Counted from the stretch's first letter, positions 1 to 13,035 are shown. The stretch is DNA of 64,000 nt from Octopus sinensis (GCF_006345805.1 NC_043003.1:85870001-85934000), one strand, 5' to 3'. The notes: generated from the letters alone by a model not told the origin. Numbers and translations: made by a program.

Positions 1-140
1 GTTTTGGTTTAACTAATTTAACTCACGATCTTCAAATTGATCCGAGGTCATAGGATATGGCGTTTGCACAAGCTACCGCGCAGTGAGATTGAACTCAGAG
101 ACTCGTGGTTAGAAAGCGAACTCAACCATACTACACTTAT

Positions 141-195
141 GCATACATACATACATACATACATACATACATGCATGCATGCATGCATGCATACA

Positions 196-226
<31 letters not shown>

Positions 227-265
227 CGACACATGCATTTTCTCTGTCTGTCTATCTGTCTGTCG

Positions 266-300
<35 letters not shown>
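141..300. repeat. Compound microsatellite (TACA)n/(TGCA)n/(TCTG)n/(TC)n
   Basis: Directly visible; explains ORFs 37..438 and 105..314. Confidence 0.95.
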
Positions 301-742
301 ACATATCTATTTAGTCCCGGACTCACTTTTACAGAACTAATACCGTTGGAGAATTTTCCCAGAGTTGATTTTAATCATATCTCTAGTTTAAGTGATAAAA
401 AGTGTGTATGCCGGCGTGGGAGAATTAAAGATATTTAAATTGTATAAGGTAATATGTGTTACTCTGGTAAGGGGGCCATTGTAAATTTAAAACAAAACAT
501 TTAAGATCTGAAATTTTAAATGAAGCCGTTGATTTAGTAGCGGTTATAATTAAAAGTACATGAAGTTTGGACGCGCTTAAACAAAGGATAACAGGTTTTT
601 TCATGATTAAAAATGGAGAGTTTCAACTTGTGTAAAAAAATATAGGATACTCGAGCTAAATTTAACAGTTTGCCTGAAAGCAAAGAAAACACAAAATAAT
701 CAAAAGCAAAAATCAACTAGATTATAACTGGAAGATAACACT

Positions 743-1312
743 TTACTCAAAGTAGCCGCCGTTGGCTTCCACTACAGCCTCAAGATGGTTCTGGAATCTG
801 GTGTATGTGTTCCTCATTGCATTGCTGGGAAGATCTTCCGACATCTCCTTGGCGTTGCAGGCGGAGCAGTTGGTGTCTTTTTCAACCGCGCCCCACGCAT
901 AGTAATCTATGAGATTACAATTGGAGGAATCAGACGGCCATAAACCGGGTCTGCTGAAGTCCTAGAAATTCTCCGAAAACCACTTCCGATTCTTTTCGGA
1001 GGTATGGCAAGGAGCCGAACCCTGCTGTTGCACATGTGGCTTTCCGGCAGCAACCTTCTCCAACCAAAATTTGACCAGTCTCCAGTAGCTTCACATAGCC
1101 GTCTGAATTGAGCCTCAGGCCATGTTAATCAATTGTTTGATGAATTCCTGTGTGCAGAGGCAGTCAGAAAGTCTGCCGTGTCTCTTCTTACTGGCCACAG
1201 TTCCGTAGTCTCCGTTGCAGCTGTCCATTTCCCACCTTAGAGCATTTACAGTGCTCACAGAGCTTAGGACAGCAGTTATAATGACAGCATTTTTATACCA
1301 GGTGCGAATCAT
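743..1312 (-). pseudogene. Internally deleted Tc1/mariner-superfamily transposase relic (maT/DD37D-like)
   Basis: Minus-strand translation gives HGLRLNSDGYVKLLET..WLEKVAAGKPHVQQQGSAPCHTS..LWPSDSSNCNLIDYYAWGAVEK..RFQNHLEAVVEANGGYFE* (stop 743-745). These match the QQDxAPxH and WPPxSPDxNPxDY motifs. ORF 1115..1312 looks like the N-terminus. Confidence 0.8.
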
Positions 1313-2149
1313 CTTGATACAGGCAGCTCTTCTTCAGTATTCAGATTGCTTCTAGTCTTCCATGTCAGGTAACTTTTTCTTACCTACAACTGTCGATAGT
1401 TTGCCAATACAGCAAGATGTTCCCGAAAAAAAGGACGTAAAAATTTTCTTATTTAGCACGAACACCTGTGGAATAGATTACTCTATAAAGAATTTTGAAT
1501 GGTAATAGTAAGTTATAAAGCTATGTTATTTTAATCCGATCTTTACGATTACTGTGTCTGGTGTATTGTGAATATATTAATTTAAAATGGGATTAAGCTA
1601 ACGTAGCGGTTAGCTTAAAAGAATATTCGTTTGTCTAAACATTAATGACTTTAACTTAAAATTCTAGAGACTGATAGATCGAGGAGAGATATTCATTATA
1701 TATTCTGTCTGTAATATCTTTAAATGTACTAGTAAATGTCTTTGCATGGCTGGGAAGTTACGGTTAGACAGGTGTACGTCGATATTGATAATGCTGCAAT
1801 TTATTAAAAGATGCACGCATGTATGAAATATAATTCCTTACATCAAGGTTCTAGCCGGCCGAAAACAGTATAACCATAGACGGTAATATGGATTTCATAA
1901 ATATAGTAATGTTGTATAAAAATATATTAAACCAGAAAGTAATATTAAAATAGGACACAGACGATTACGATAATGAGTTTTGTGTATTTTCTGTATTCTT
2001 ATGTAAAGCAGAAAAACTGAAAAATGGAAGAGGCAGGGATCGTACAGATAGATGAACTGGACAGCGTACTGATTCTCGACGAAAGGAAAACGGCAAAATT
2101 ATGTATCTGAAAATTAAAAATCATATTGATGAAAAAGTAATGTATATCG

Positions 2150-2252
2150 AAGTCGACCGCGGTGGAATTTGAACTCAGAACGTAGGGAATAGACGAAATG
2201 CCGCTAAGCATTTCGCCCGGCATGTTAACGATTCTGTTAGCTTGCCGCCTTA
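2150..2252 (-). mobile_element. SINE family A, 5' fragment, followed by (GAT)n(AAT)n
   Basis: Matches the reverse complement of the head at 13789. Confidence 0.8.
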
Positions 2253-2285
2253 ATGATGATGATGATGATGAGGATGATGATGATG

Positions 2286-2330
<45 letters not shown>

Positions 2331-2398
2331 GTTATTAAAACACGGTTTAGTAGATACTGTTAATTTAATCGACTGCTCGCCACTCTACCCGGAAATCT

Positions 2399-2710
2399 GT
2401 CGGTTACGATGACGAGGAACAGACTGCTTATGAAATTAACATGCAAGTGACTGCTCATGAAATTAACATACAAGTGGCTGAGCACTCCACAGACACATGT
2501 GCCCTTAACGTAGTTCTTAAGGAGATTCAACGTGATAGAAAATGCGACAAGGCTCACCCTTTGATTTACAAGTACAACTCATTTTTGCCAGCTGAGTGGA
2601 CTGGAGCAATGTGAAATAAAGTGTCTTGCTGAAAGACACACAGCACTGCCATATATTGAACTCGCAAATTCTTACGATCGTGAGCCACGTACCCACACCA
2701 CTAAACCACC
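2399..2710 (-). mobile_element. SINE, head/core D + tail T1
   Basis: Collinear with 60078-60402; core ctcatttttgccagctgagtggactggagcaa. Confidence 0.85.
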
Positions 2711-3163
2711 TTCATTTGTGATGAATTTTGCATACATCAGAAAGCATTGAAAAAGAGGAGACAGGTTAATAGAATAGATAAAGTGACGGATGAAAATATA
2801 TTTAGCTATGTCCTTTCATGTTCTTCGATGAAATCCTGTCGGAGTTGACGTTGTCTTTCAACCTTCCGAATTCGATAAAATAAATTCAATCAGGTAATAG
2901 GATCGATTAAATCGACCGTAACCTTTTATGAAATTGTATGGCTTCGTTAGAAATCAATGTTGTTATTGCTATTATCTATTTTGCTTTGTTTAGATAACTC
3001 TAGAGAAATCATCCTGCAAGGTATAGTAAATGTGACTATGAACCTTTGCACTTATTTTAATTCTATTAACTTATTTTAATTATATTAATCGATCTTCCAG
3101 GAAGAGCTATCTTTTGGATTTCACATTGGTTTCCCGTTTCGATTTCCAACTTTGTTTCCGATA

Positions 3164-3370
3164 TGAGGGAGTGCTGATAAGTTCCTGGTTTGAAGGGTAT
3201 TGCAAAAAGTTTGGTTGGAGGTCCAACCTTCCGAGTTCTTTTACAGAGCTTAGAAAAGCTGGAAGACCGTGTGTGAATTTGAAAGTGGAATATGTTAAAT
3301 AAAGTCATAATTAACTGATCCTCCTATATTTTCTTTTACCCAAAGCCAGGAACTTTTCAGCACCTCCTCG
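3164..3370 (+). mobile_element. Non-autonomous mariner (MITE-like deletion derivative)
   Basis: TIRs (t/c)gagggagtgctgataagttcctggttt and aaagccaggaacttttcagcacctcctcg; TA on both sides (3162-63, 3371-72); retains a mariner-like C-terminus CVNLKVEYVK*. Confidence 0.85.
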
Positions 3371-3949
3371 TATTCTACGTTTTTGATATCTTACTTTTTA
3401 TAATGATATCGGGGGAAGTTGACTCCTATCACCTTTAGGAAATATTTATTTATATATCACAGATAATCACACAATTTTCATTGTTCAGAACTGTATATAG
3501 AATGTTTGTATCGTTGTAGAATAACTGGGAACTTTGTTTCCTTACACATTCTCCATAGATGGGGGCTACCATCTTGTTTAGGCGCTTAATATCATCCGAA
3601 GCGGCTAGTTTGCGGCATCCATTGTGGATACGTTTGATGAACTCCTCAAACCGACTTGCATTTTGATATTCAGGTTTCCAATGTTGTCAGTTACATACAC
3701 TCGTTTGTCTTTGGTGGACAACGTCAATTATAAAGCTTTCAGTTGTTTCTGTTTTAGTCTCAGGTAAGCTTTGTAAGAGCAAGTCTAAGATACAAGACTT
3801 TGTAACCGTGGTCATCCATTTTTTCATTAGCAGTGTATCTATGACCATGTTAATCAACGTGTTATGTAGTTTGAGGGAAATTTGGCTGCAATTTTTGCAT
3901 GTCGAGCGGCAATTAGAAGCTTTTCTCTTTTGTCAAGCCTTCAGTTGAG

Positions 3950-6900
3950 TGATGAGACCACATACAACCTATTTTATCGAAATCAAGTATATTCATTTGT
4001 CTTTGTAATTGTCCTGGGGCAATTGCTAAATCTTATGTTGTATCTGTTTTCTTGATTAATCCATGTTTTATCTATTTTGATAATCATTTTACTTTTCAGG
4101 TGTTTATATTTATTTGTAATGCTAAATGTGTTTGAAATTTTTTAAGAAGCATTGTTAAAGTGGCAGCTGTTCCTTTCAAATATTTGTTTGTTTCATTGTG
4201 TACAATCACTGAGTACAGCTTATTGTATTGTAACTCCTTGTAAAAAAGTGTTTAGCTTTGTGTATAAATGTCTAAGACAGAATTTCTAATCGTGTAAAGC
4301 TTCTATTGTCAATGAAAATATAAACGAGATGGGTGTCAAATTTGTGCGGTGCTATCTGTGTTTTGTTAGTAATTTTCATGTTTTTATGACTAACTTTATG
4401 GATCTCTTACAATTTTCAGTTTATCAAATGGAAACTGTAGCGTAGCTGTCTGAGAAAATTACTTGAGTGCTTTTCGCTTTTATTGTCACCAACTACGACA
4501 TAAACAGCGACAACAGTAGAACAATAAATAACACGAACATTAAGAACAGTATTCCTATAATATATAAATGCAGTACTCTGTCAAATGCTGTTTCGTATTA
4601 GGCGATACGTAATGCTTTTATTCTGCCTCTTATCTTATTATTTTGTTAGATGCATTAATAGTTGACCATTCGATACGTACATGCTCCACCATCAGCTACT
4701 TCAGGCTTATGAATCACAGCTGTATATAGTTTTGCTTAGTAATAATCGTGGCACTCCGTCGGTTACGACGACGAGAATTCCAGCTGTTCCGATCAACAGA
4801 ACTGCCTGCTCGGGAAATTAACGTGCAAGTGGATGAGTACTCCACAGACACGTGTACCCTTAACGTAGTTCTAGAGGAGATTCAGCGTGACACGGAGTGT
4901 AACAAGGTTCGAAACATAGGTACAACAGAAACAGGAAGAAAAAGTGAAAGTTGTGGTGAAAGAGTACGGTAGGGTTGGATCCCCCCCCCCCCTGCCGGAG
5001 ATCGTGGAGCTTTAGGTGCTTTCGCTTAATAAACACTCACAACGTCCGGTCTGGGAATCGAAACCGCAATACTACGACCGCGAGCCCGCTGCCCTAACCA
5101 CTGGGCGATTGCGCCTCCACTTAGTAATAATATCAGGCTCTTGCATAAAGTAGATATTGTGTGTGGCTGGCCTAAATTTTGATAGTACCATTATTTTCTC
5201 TGTTGTGTGCCATGCTAGTATTTGAGCTCGACAGTTACTTCATTAAAATATCATGAACAAGCATTTAGGTGTTTTATTCAAGAAGTTTTGCATTCAATGT
5301 ATTCCAGGCAACTTTCAGTTTTCTCCACTTCTGTTTTATATCTGCTGCCATAATATTTGTATATTTATGTTGTCTTTACATGTTTCAATTTTTCTTTTGT
5401 TCTATATATTATTTAATTTGTTTTATATTTTTTTCTACTTGTCATATTTTCTTCAAAATATTTGCATTTTTTTTTGTCGGACTATTCTTTATTTTTATAG
5501 TTTGATCTTTGATTCTTTGTAAATATTTTGGTTTGCCTTCTTGAAACATTTTATTTTGTTTGAATTATTTGATTATTTTGTCAAAACTTACATATTCGCA
5601 AAAATTTTATTCGTTAAATCTTTTATTAATCTGTCGCTTCTTCCTTTGAATTCCCGTTCATTCTTAATTTCAAGTCTTCAAGTCTGCTTTTTTTTGTTGG
5701 TTGACATTTAGCGCTTTTATTTATTTTCATATACACTCACACATGTTCTGACTTTCTTATTTTATAGTCTTCAATTTATATCCTGTTGAAATGTTTGCTT
5801 TCAGTCTGGTTCTGTTGTATGTTTTCTTGTTTTCTCAAAGATTTTTACACAGCTGCTTCAGTTAATATATGCTGTGGTGTACATTAGTTGATCTTTTTAC
5901 CTTATATTTAAATCATTTATTTGCTGTGTCTAAACGGCAAATTGTTTGCTTGATAAAGGATATGTTTTATGTAATAAGATATTCTGGTCGTTTGTGGTCG
6001 GTTTTCTAATAACATGAATTTTATCGTGCAAAGTTTTGATTAATTTTCTCCATCATAGTTTAATGATGTTCGTGTTGACACTAGAGGTTTAATATAATTC
6101 CGATTTTGTTGTACTAAGTCTGGTGTTATTTGTGTGGGCTAACATGTGGGAATACTATCTTTGGTAGTCTTCCTGCCGAATCGTTTCCAAGACAATTTGT
6201 CTACCACTGATATCAATCTGGCACCAAATTCTCATCGGTGACTCTTCGAACATGCGTCAATGCATCACCTAGTTAGCTGGCTGACTAAAGCAGACTAACG
6301 GTGACCGATAAGTTTTAAATTCATGGTGAAATCCTTCAAAGGTTTTTGTACCCTGTGCATGTGGAGGCTGGAATTGCTTGGATGGAAGCCAACCATCAGT
6401 GGTTAATTTTCAATCAACAGAAAGACGATATCCAGCACCTGATCTGTGGGACACTTAACTCAGAGCATGGTCATTCTACTATATCCGTGTCACTGTGTCA
6501 TAGCTCTAGTTGTTTCGGTTTGACTTGCTTGTAACCCAGGGAGTCAGGGACGGTAGAGTGAGGCTAGTCGTCAAGCCTTGCCCTTTTCGAAGGGTACTTT
6601 TGTAGTTGGATAGAATAAAAGATTTAGTATAGGTGGAAGCAGTCACGAAACTCTGATCGCTTGTGCAGTTGCATCTTTCGTTCTTCATACTCTTTAAGAA
6701 GTGCTGTGGATGTATATAGCGGTCACCTTCCAAAACAAAGAATGAACAAGAAAGAAGATTTATGTTCTGCAGAGATTTAGTATGGATGGTATAGCTGTTA
6801 TATTCTGTTCTGTCGTGGCCAGTATTTTTATCGTACTTTAATGTGAATTATTCCTCTATAATTTCTCTTTTTCTTCAAATTTTTCTCTTCTACCCAGGAT

Positions 6901-7100
6901 ATTTATCCTTTTAAAATATTCTTTTTTAAATTTGACAGTGTGAACGGCGATTTCAATTGTCTTTTCATCATATTTATGAGGTCGATTCCGCGATATTTCC
7001 TGAAGGTTTTAATTAGATAGTTAAGGGGCTTTTTATAAACTCATTTCTGTTGCTCAACACTGTCACTTAACATTGTCAATCAATACTGGACCATTTCTGT
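3950..7100 (-). mobile_element. Highly decayed LINE relic(s), RTE-like RT traces
   Basis: T-rich plus strand; faint minus-strand motifs HLVYIFID (~4320), TKTNEYT (~4000) and DSVEQ (~7060); interrupted by the SINE at 4747. Confidence 0.3.
4747..5120 (-). mobile_element. Full-length tRNA-derived SINE, head/core B + tail T1
   Basis: A/B-box head on the minus strand; TSD cttagtaataat at 4735-4746 and 5120-5131. Confidence 0.9.
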
Positions 7101-7743
7101 CACACATTCTCGTTTTTATCTTTATTTTTAGTGCTTCTATTTTTAATCATAAGTCTTATTTCTGAACATTTTCCGTACTTATTTTTCGATTTCAAAGAAC
7201 TTTACAGTTATATCAGCTTTAAATCTGATACTACATGTGTTAAAAATCATATTATTAATTTCATAATTAACTTTAGTTTCACTGAAATTATTGCAAATTT
7301 TCAAATTTGATTGCTGGCTATATATTTTGCTTCACATGATGGCAATAAATCACCGTACAGCAAACGAACAATTATAGCAGTAATCATCAAATTATATCAA
7401 CGTATCTTTAAAATATTAATTTCCGGAACTACATAAAGATTTTATTTGCTAACACTTAGTTGCAATGTATTATGCGTAGGTATATTATTTGATACTAGCA
7501 TACCCGTGTCATCAAAAATGCCGCCAATTTTATTAATGATACAAAATGGCGCATCCACACATAATGAGGGAAACCATTGATAAATGTCAGCAATGTAGTA
7601 AGCATATGAATATACAGAGAATTAATGCACTTGAAAAATCAGATACGGTTCTATCGCCTCGATTGAAAATATCGTCCACATGATACATGTGTGTCTGCAT
7701 GTATAATATATATATATATATAATATATATATATATATATGGA

Positions 7744-7860
7744 AAGAGGAAATGGGCGCAAAACCCAGTTTAGTACAGCTGCAGAAAACAGTGTTATTAG
7801 GGGCAGCTAGGATACTTAGGATTGTTCTGGGCATCTAAGGTTACTTGCTGTAACCCGATA
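7744..7860 (+). mobile_element. 3' tip of an R4/Dong-like (RLE) non-LTR retrotransposon
   Basis: KEEMGAKPSLVQLQKTVLLGAARILRIVLGI* matches the LQKxxLLGTARILR C-terminus. Confidence 0.75.
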
Positions 7861-7906
7861 GGAAGGTTCTTGGCATTTAAGGCAACTTTTTGTAGCCTGA
7901 TGTTAG

Positions 7907-8812
7907 GATTCTTTTCTTTTCCAAGTGTAATCTTTCTACTATAGGCACAAGGCCTGAAATTTTGGAGGAAGGCACTGGTCAATTACATCGACCCTTGAAT
8001 TTCACTGGTACTTAAGTTATCGATCGCGAAAGAATGAAAGGAAAAGTCGACCTCGGCGGAATTTGAATTCAGAAGTAAAGATGGACGAAATGCCCTAAAC
8101 CCTTTGCCCGGCGTGCTAACGCCACCAAGAAAAGAAAGAGGAGGAGAGGAAGTAGAAGAAGGTGATGGTGATGATGACGATCAACAAGACAAGAAAACTA
8201 TGACTATAATAAATAAAAAGAGCAAAATGTAAGACAAAAGGAAATGAGCAATAAGTGAATGAAATGAAGAAAATTTTCTCTACTATAAAAATTACCGAGA
8301 GCAATCACTCGAACTGATTATCTTACATCTCTGGAAGCACTCCGTCGGTTACGACGACGAGGGTTCCGGTTGATCCGAATCAACGGAACAGCCTGCTCGT
8401 GAAATTAACGTGTAAGTGGCTGAGCACTCCACAGACACGTGTACCCATAACGTAGTTCTCGGGGATATTCAGCGTGACACAGAGAGTGACAAGGCCGGCC
8501 CTTTGAAATACAGGTACAACAGAAACAGGAAGTAAGAGTGAGAGAAAGTTGTGGTGAAAGAGTACAGCAGGGATCACCACCATCCCTGCCGGAGCCTCGT
8601 GGAGCTTTAGGTGTTTTCGCTCAATAAACACTCACAACGCCCGGTCTGGGAATCGAAACCGCGATCCTACGACCGCGAATCCGCTGCCCTAACCACTGGG
8701 CCATTGCGACTCCACTATTATCTTACATATAACAAAATGCAATGTGCGACCTCCCGTTTGTGCTAGAGGGGAAAAAAGAGAAAAGAACAACAAACGGAGT
8801 TTATATATATAT

Positions 8813-8855
<43 letters not shown>

Positions 8856-8939
8856 GAGAGAGAGAGAGAGGAATAGAGATGTATCCATATATAAATCTGT
8901 GTGTGTATATATATATACATATATATATGTGTGTGTGTG

Positions 8940-8992
<53 letters not shown>

Positions 8993-9634
8993 ATCATTTA
9001 CTATATAATAGGGCCGACCAAAGACTTGTGGACAGATTTGGTAGATGAAAGCCGACAGGAGACCTTCCTATGTATGTATGTATGTATGTATGTATGTATG
9101 TATGTATGTATGTATCTCTCTCTCTCTCTCTCCGTTTGTTGTTTTTCTCTTCTTTCCTTCTAGCGTAAATGGGGTTACACATTGCATTTTATTATATGTA
9201 ATATAATCAGTTCGATCATTTTTGTAGAGAAAACTTTCTTCATTTCATTCACTTATTACTCACTTCTTTTTGCCTTTTTGCTCTTTTTATTTATTATAGT
9301 TATAGTTTACTTCCCTTGTTGATCATCATAACCATTACCTTTTCTTCTTCTTCTTCTTCTTCTTCTTTCTTGGCGGCGTCAGCACGCCGGGCAAAGTGTT
9401 TAGGGCATTTTCCGCCGAGGTTGACTTTTTCTTTCGGGATCGATAAATTCCGCCGAGGTCGACTTTCCTTTTCATTCTTTCGGGGTCGATAACTTAAGTA
9501 CCAGTGAAATTCTGGGGTCGATGTAATTGACTAGTGCCTTCCCTCAAAATTTCAGGCCTTGTGCCTATAGTAGAAAGGATTAGTATTATTATTCATACAC
9601 ACTCAACAGATTACACTTGGAAAAGAAAAGAATC
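7907..9634. repeat. Old inverted duplication (arms 7907-~8870 and ~9115-9634), each arm containing a family A SINE
   Basis: Non-SINE flanks also match as reverse complements, e.g. gattcttttcttttccaagtgtaatc vs gattacacttggaaaagaaaagaatc. Confidence 0.9.
8329..8716 (-). mobile_element. Full-length SINE B + T1
   Basis: A box TGGCCCAGTGG and B box GGTTTCGATTCC on the minus strand; TSD attatcttacat 8317-8328 / 8717-8728. Confidence 0.92.
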
Positions 9635-9679
9635 AAAGTAGATATAAATGCCTATTTGTCATGTCTCTAGATATATTCT

Positions 9680-10135
9680 GTCTTCGCAAACATTGAGCAA
9701 TCAGAAATGATGCGGCCAATTACTTTCTTGTACTGACAGCACCGAATCCAGTGGCGCTTTGCCTCTCGTATCAGAATTTTGTGGTTAAGTATCGGTCCTT
9801 TGCAGCTAAAAGTAGATTGTTTGTTTCTGTTTTTAGTCCAGATATTTTTAGCTACTATTAGCTCTGAATGATGTATTTCCTTTTTGTCTAATTCTTGCTG
9901 GATAATGTGGGCTTTGAAGCTCTTTTTTAAAATCTAATTTTAATTTATATAGTGGTCTGGCTTCTGAATGTAGTTAGCAGTTTTCTTTTCTAACCTCGTC
10001 AATTCACATGATGTCCAATTTATTTTATTGAAGTAATGGTTTATAATTGGAATGGTTAGTGTATTTATACTTAGTATCCTATTAGTTGCATTGAATTTAG
10101 TTTTTATTATTAGTCTGACTCCTCTGTAACGCATT
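9680..10135 (-). pseudogene. R4/Dong-like LINE fragment (post-RT region)
   Basis: ORF 9940..10134 VRLIIKTKFNATNRILSINTLTIPIINHYFNKINWT..LTRLEKKT resembles RVRLILKTELNAxNKIxAINTxAIPV..DRKT. Confidence 0.7.
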
Positions 10136-10673
10136 TAAAAACAAATTTAATTACACAAACCAACACGTATTTTATTTTCAGGACGTTTTAACCCGGTTTG
10201 AAGGTGTTTTTTTTATATACAGAATCCAAAAACGGAATTAATTTTTACAATCACGTCTAGATTTCAAAATACTCAAATCCCATCAATTATCGCAATTTTC
10301 CTCACTTTTCAGAAAAATGCATGGTTTGCCAGTGAAATTTAGCACGAGTGTTTGTGACGATGTATTTATTATTTTAGTAAGAGTGATCAAAAAAAGGCCA
10401 CAGCAAACATTAGTTCTAAGGTCTTTTAATGTGGTTGAAGAACTTTTAGTTCAACTGGGAAAAAAACTATTCTACTTCTACTCCATATCAAACTTATCAT
10501 GCTTTCACTATATCTGCAGCACCTTTCACGGTCTGAGCAGTGAAAAGATAAAAGGTAGAGAATTTGATGGGCCTCAAATAAGAAAATTTGATGAAAGATA
10601 AAAACTTAATAAATTCAATTAAATGAATTCAAGCAGCAGCATGAAATTAATTTCTGGGCAACAAAAAAGCAGT

Positions 10674-11008
10674 TACGGAGATGTACTTGCATAGCAAGTG
10701 ACTTGATCTGAGATCGTGTGCTGGAACGAAAACAATTGCAGCGTGAAAGCTGTTTATAAGCCATTTAAGAAACACACAAAATCCGTTAGATTCACTTCAA
10801 CATTTAAATTTAATTTGTCAAAATAATTTCGTCGCTTTGAGACCGCGACCTGTTCACTGACAAAACTTCTTGCTGCAAGAAGTTTTGTCAGTGAACAGGT
10901 CGCGGTCTCAAAGCGACGAAAATATTTTGACAAATTAATTTAAATGTTGAAGTGAATCTAACGGATTTTGTATGTTTCTTAAATGACTTATAAACACCTT
11001 TCACGCTG
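10674..11008. mobile_element. Fold-back element (likely inverted PLE pseudo-LTRs), ~138-bp arms, 1-nt spacer, 12-bp TSD
   Basis: Arms 10736-10873 and 10875-11011 centred on t10874; caaaaaagcagt at 10662-10673 and 11009-11020. Confidence 0.85.
10884..10934 (+). ncRNA. Type-I hammerhead-like motif with G3-C8 core; mirror copy on the minus strand in the left arm
   Basis: tttgtca GTGAACA g gtcgc(ggtctcaaa)gcgac GAAA atat T T tgacaaa. Confidence 0.6.
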
Positions 11009-11379
11009 CAAAAAAGCAGTCAACTAATCTTAAATAGACGACAGTATACTGGAAAACTTTCAAACGTTGGGAGAAAGTATGAGCATAAAGCTTATCCCCA
11101 CAAACACCAGTTTTGAAAAGGTTACCACTTGTAAGTAGTTAAAAAGCATCCATACACTGAAAATGGTTTATAATTTGTCCGTAGCATTTTTAACCGTTAG
11201 TGGTTTCATTTAAAAAAAAAATAATGGAGTGAAAACGAAGAAAAAATAGAGGAGATAGCGAGTGCATGAAATATTACTCTTAAGAAGACAGAGCTGGATC
11301 TTCTAATTTTCTTTTTGCTGTGCAGTGATCTTGTTTTCCATTTCGACACCACCTGGTTGATATACCATCTTAAAATTAG

Positions 11380-11705
11380 GCAGCGTAAGTGGGCTGTATG
11401 GCAGAATCGTTAGCACTTGGGTCGATGTAATTGACATATTCCTTCCATAATATTACTGGACTTGTAACAAAATTTTAAATCTATGTTGGGCGGCAAGTTG
11501 TCAGAATCGTTGACACACCAGACAGAATGCTTAGTGACATTTCGCCCGTCTTTGCGTTTTGAGTGCAAATTCTGCGAAGGTCGACCTAGTCTTTCAACCC
11601 ATCGGATCGATAAAATATGTACAAGTTGATCACTGGAGTTGATGTAATCGGCTTACCCCTTGTCCCGAAATTGCTGGCATTGTTCCAAAATTTGAAACCA
11701 ATATT
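11380..11705 (+). mobile_element. Two tandem family A SINE copies, the first internally deleted
   Basis: ggcagaatcgttagcac-like head occurs twice; tail aaatttgaaacc. Confidence 0.75.
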
Positions 11706-12344
11706 AGGGCAAGTTTGCTTACGAGAAGTCCCGATAATACCTAAAAGTGTCGTATGTCGTCATGCCATGTTTATCAATTCATACTACTCTCTTGTTCACC
11801 TATAGTTACTCTTTACAAACATGCATCATTTTATGATACTCCTTCTGTTCTCCAGCTATAATTCTAGTTATAAAAAGAATGTAAGATCATTTGGTATCAG
11901 ACAGTAGTTGAAGATGTCTGGTGTTCTTTTTAGGATTCAATATCTTTTTCGCCTCAAGAAGAAAGTCAGGTATTGATTCTAATCCATTTAATAATTCATA
12001 GAATTCAGCTGTCGCATTTTCATGAATACTGGCTGAGTATTTATAACTAGAAACCATTCTTAAGGCATCTGTTGCTATAAAAATTATTTTTGCTTTAAAT
12101 TTCATATGAAGGTTATCTTCATTTCCACATCTTTATATTTGAATAATTTCTCATAGTCTAGTGATGTATCATCTATCCTTGGCGACATCAATATATGGAA
12201 GGCTTGCTTTTTATAGTGTATGTAATTTAATAGTCTCATTTATAAAGAATAATACAAATTATAATGCATTTGTTTAATTCCCTTTGTGCTGGTTGAATTT
12301 ATGAAAAATATTATTCATTCTATTACTATTATTACTTTATTACA

Positions 12345-13034
12345 GGTTTTGTTGGCGCTCTTGGAGTCTTGCATGCGTAGCGGACTTACTACTTGCAGCC
12401 CTATTCGCTTTTTTCAGCTATCTCAGGATTTCCTGATTATTCTGGCCGTGCCAAGGATATAAATCTTTTATAACAGTTCTACTGGGCATTCTATTCCAAT
12501 TTCCTTTATATTTCTCTTGATGCCTTCTGATACTGTTCCCAAGGACCCAACAATAATTGGCATTTTCTTCACCTTCTTCATTTTCCATAGCCGAGCTATT
12601 TCATATTTAAGAGGGTAGTATCTATCTATCGTTTCGCCTTCCTTCTTGATTATTCGTGGGTCAAAGGGACATGTAGCATTAACTATATAGCATATGTGGT
12701 GCACCTTGTCCACCACCACTAAGTCCGGTCTGTTATGTTCTAGCACCTGATCTGTTTGGATTGGGAAATCTCAGAGGATTTTGCTAGTCTCCGATTCGCT
12801 ACTCTCTGCAGTTTGTGCTCATACCACGTCTTGCCTCTCTCTAGCCCCCACTTTTCGCACAGTTTCCAATGTAACACTTTCGCTACCTGGTCGTGTCGCC
12901 ACAACTTGTAGGGCATTCGTTCGTGAATGGGCAATGGTTTCATCCACTCTATTGCAGATACAGCACAGCATAGACACTTGCTCATTCCTAAGATTGACCC
13001 TCCAGTTCGTAACCAAAGCCTGGTCTCACGCTGC

Positions 13035-13035
<1 letters not shown>
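12345..13035 (-). mobile_element. 5'-truncated R4/Dong-like LINE (Zn knuckle + restriction-like endonuclease)
   Basis: CCICNRVDETIAH, RHDQVAKVLHWKLC, EHNRPDLVVVDK..CPFD..K..RY..LKYEIARLW..PIIVGSLG; frameshifted; abuts (ATT)n at 13036-13112. Confidence 0.9.

Larger units (their letters stand above)
10500..11095 (+). pseudogene. DNA transposase relic, probably Chapaev3/CMC-like, split by the insertion at 10674-11008
   Basis: STFHGLSSEKIKGREFDGPQIRK, then FLGNKKA | VN..SILENFQTLGESMSIKL continuing across the insertion. Confidence 0.6.

Noticed and set aside
11887-12240. 72-aa minus-strand ORF next to the Dong-like element
   Set aside because: No recognisable domain; may be decayed LINE.
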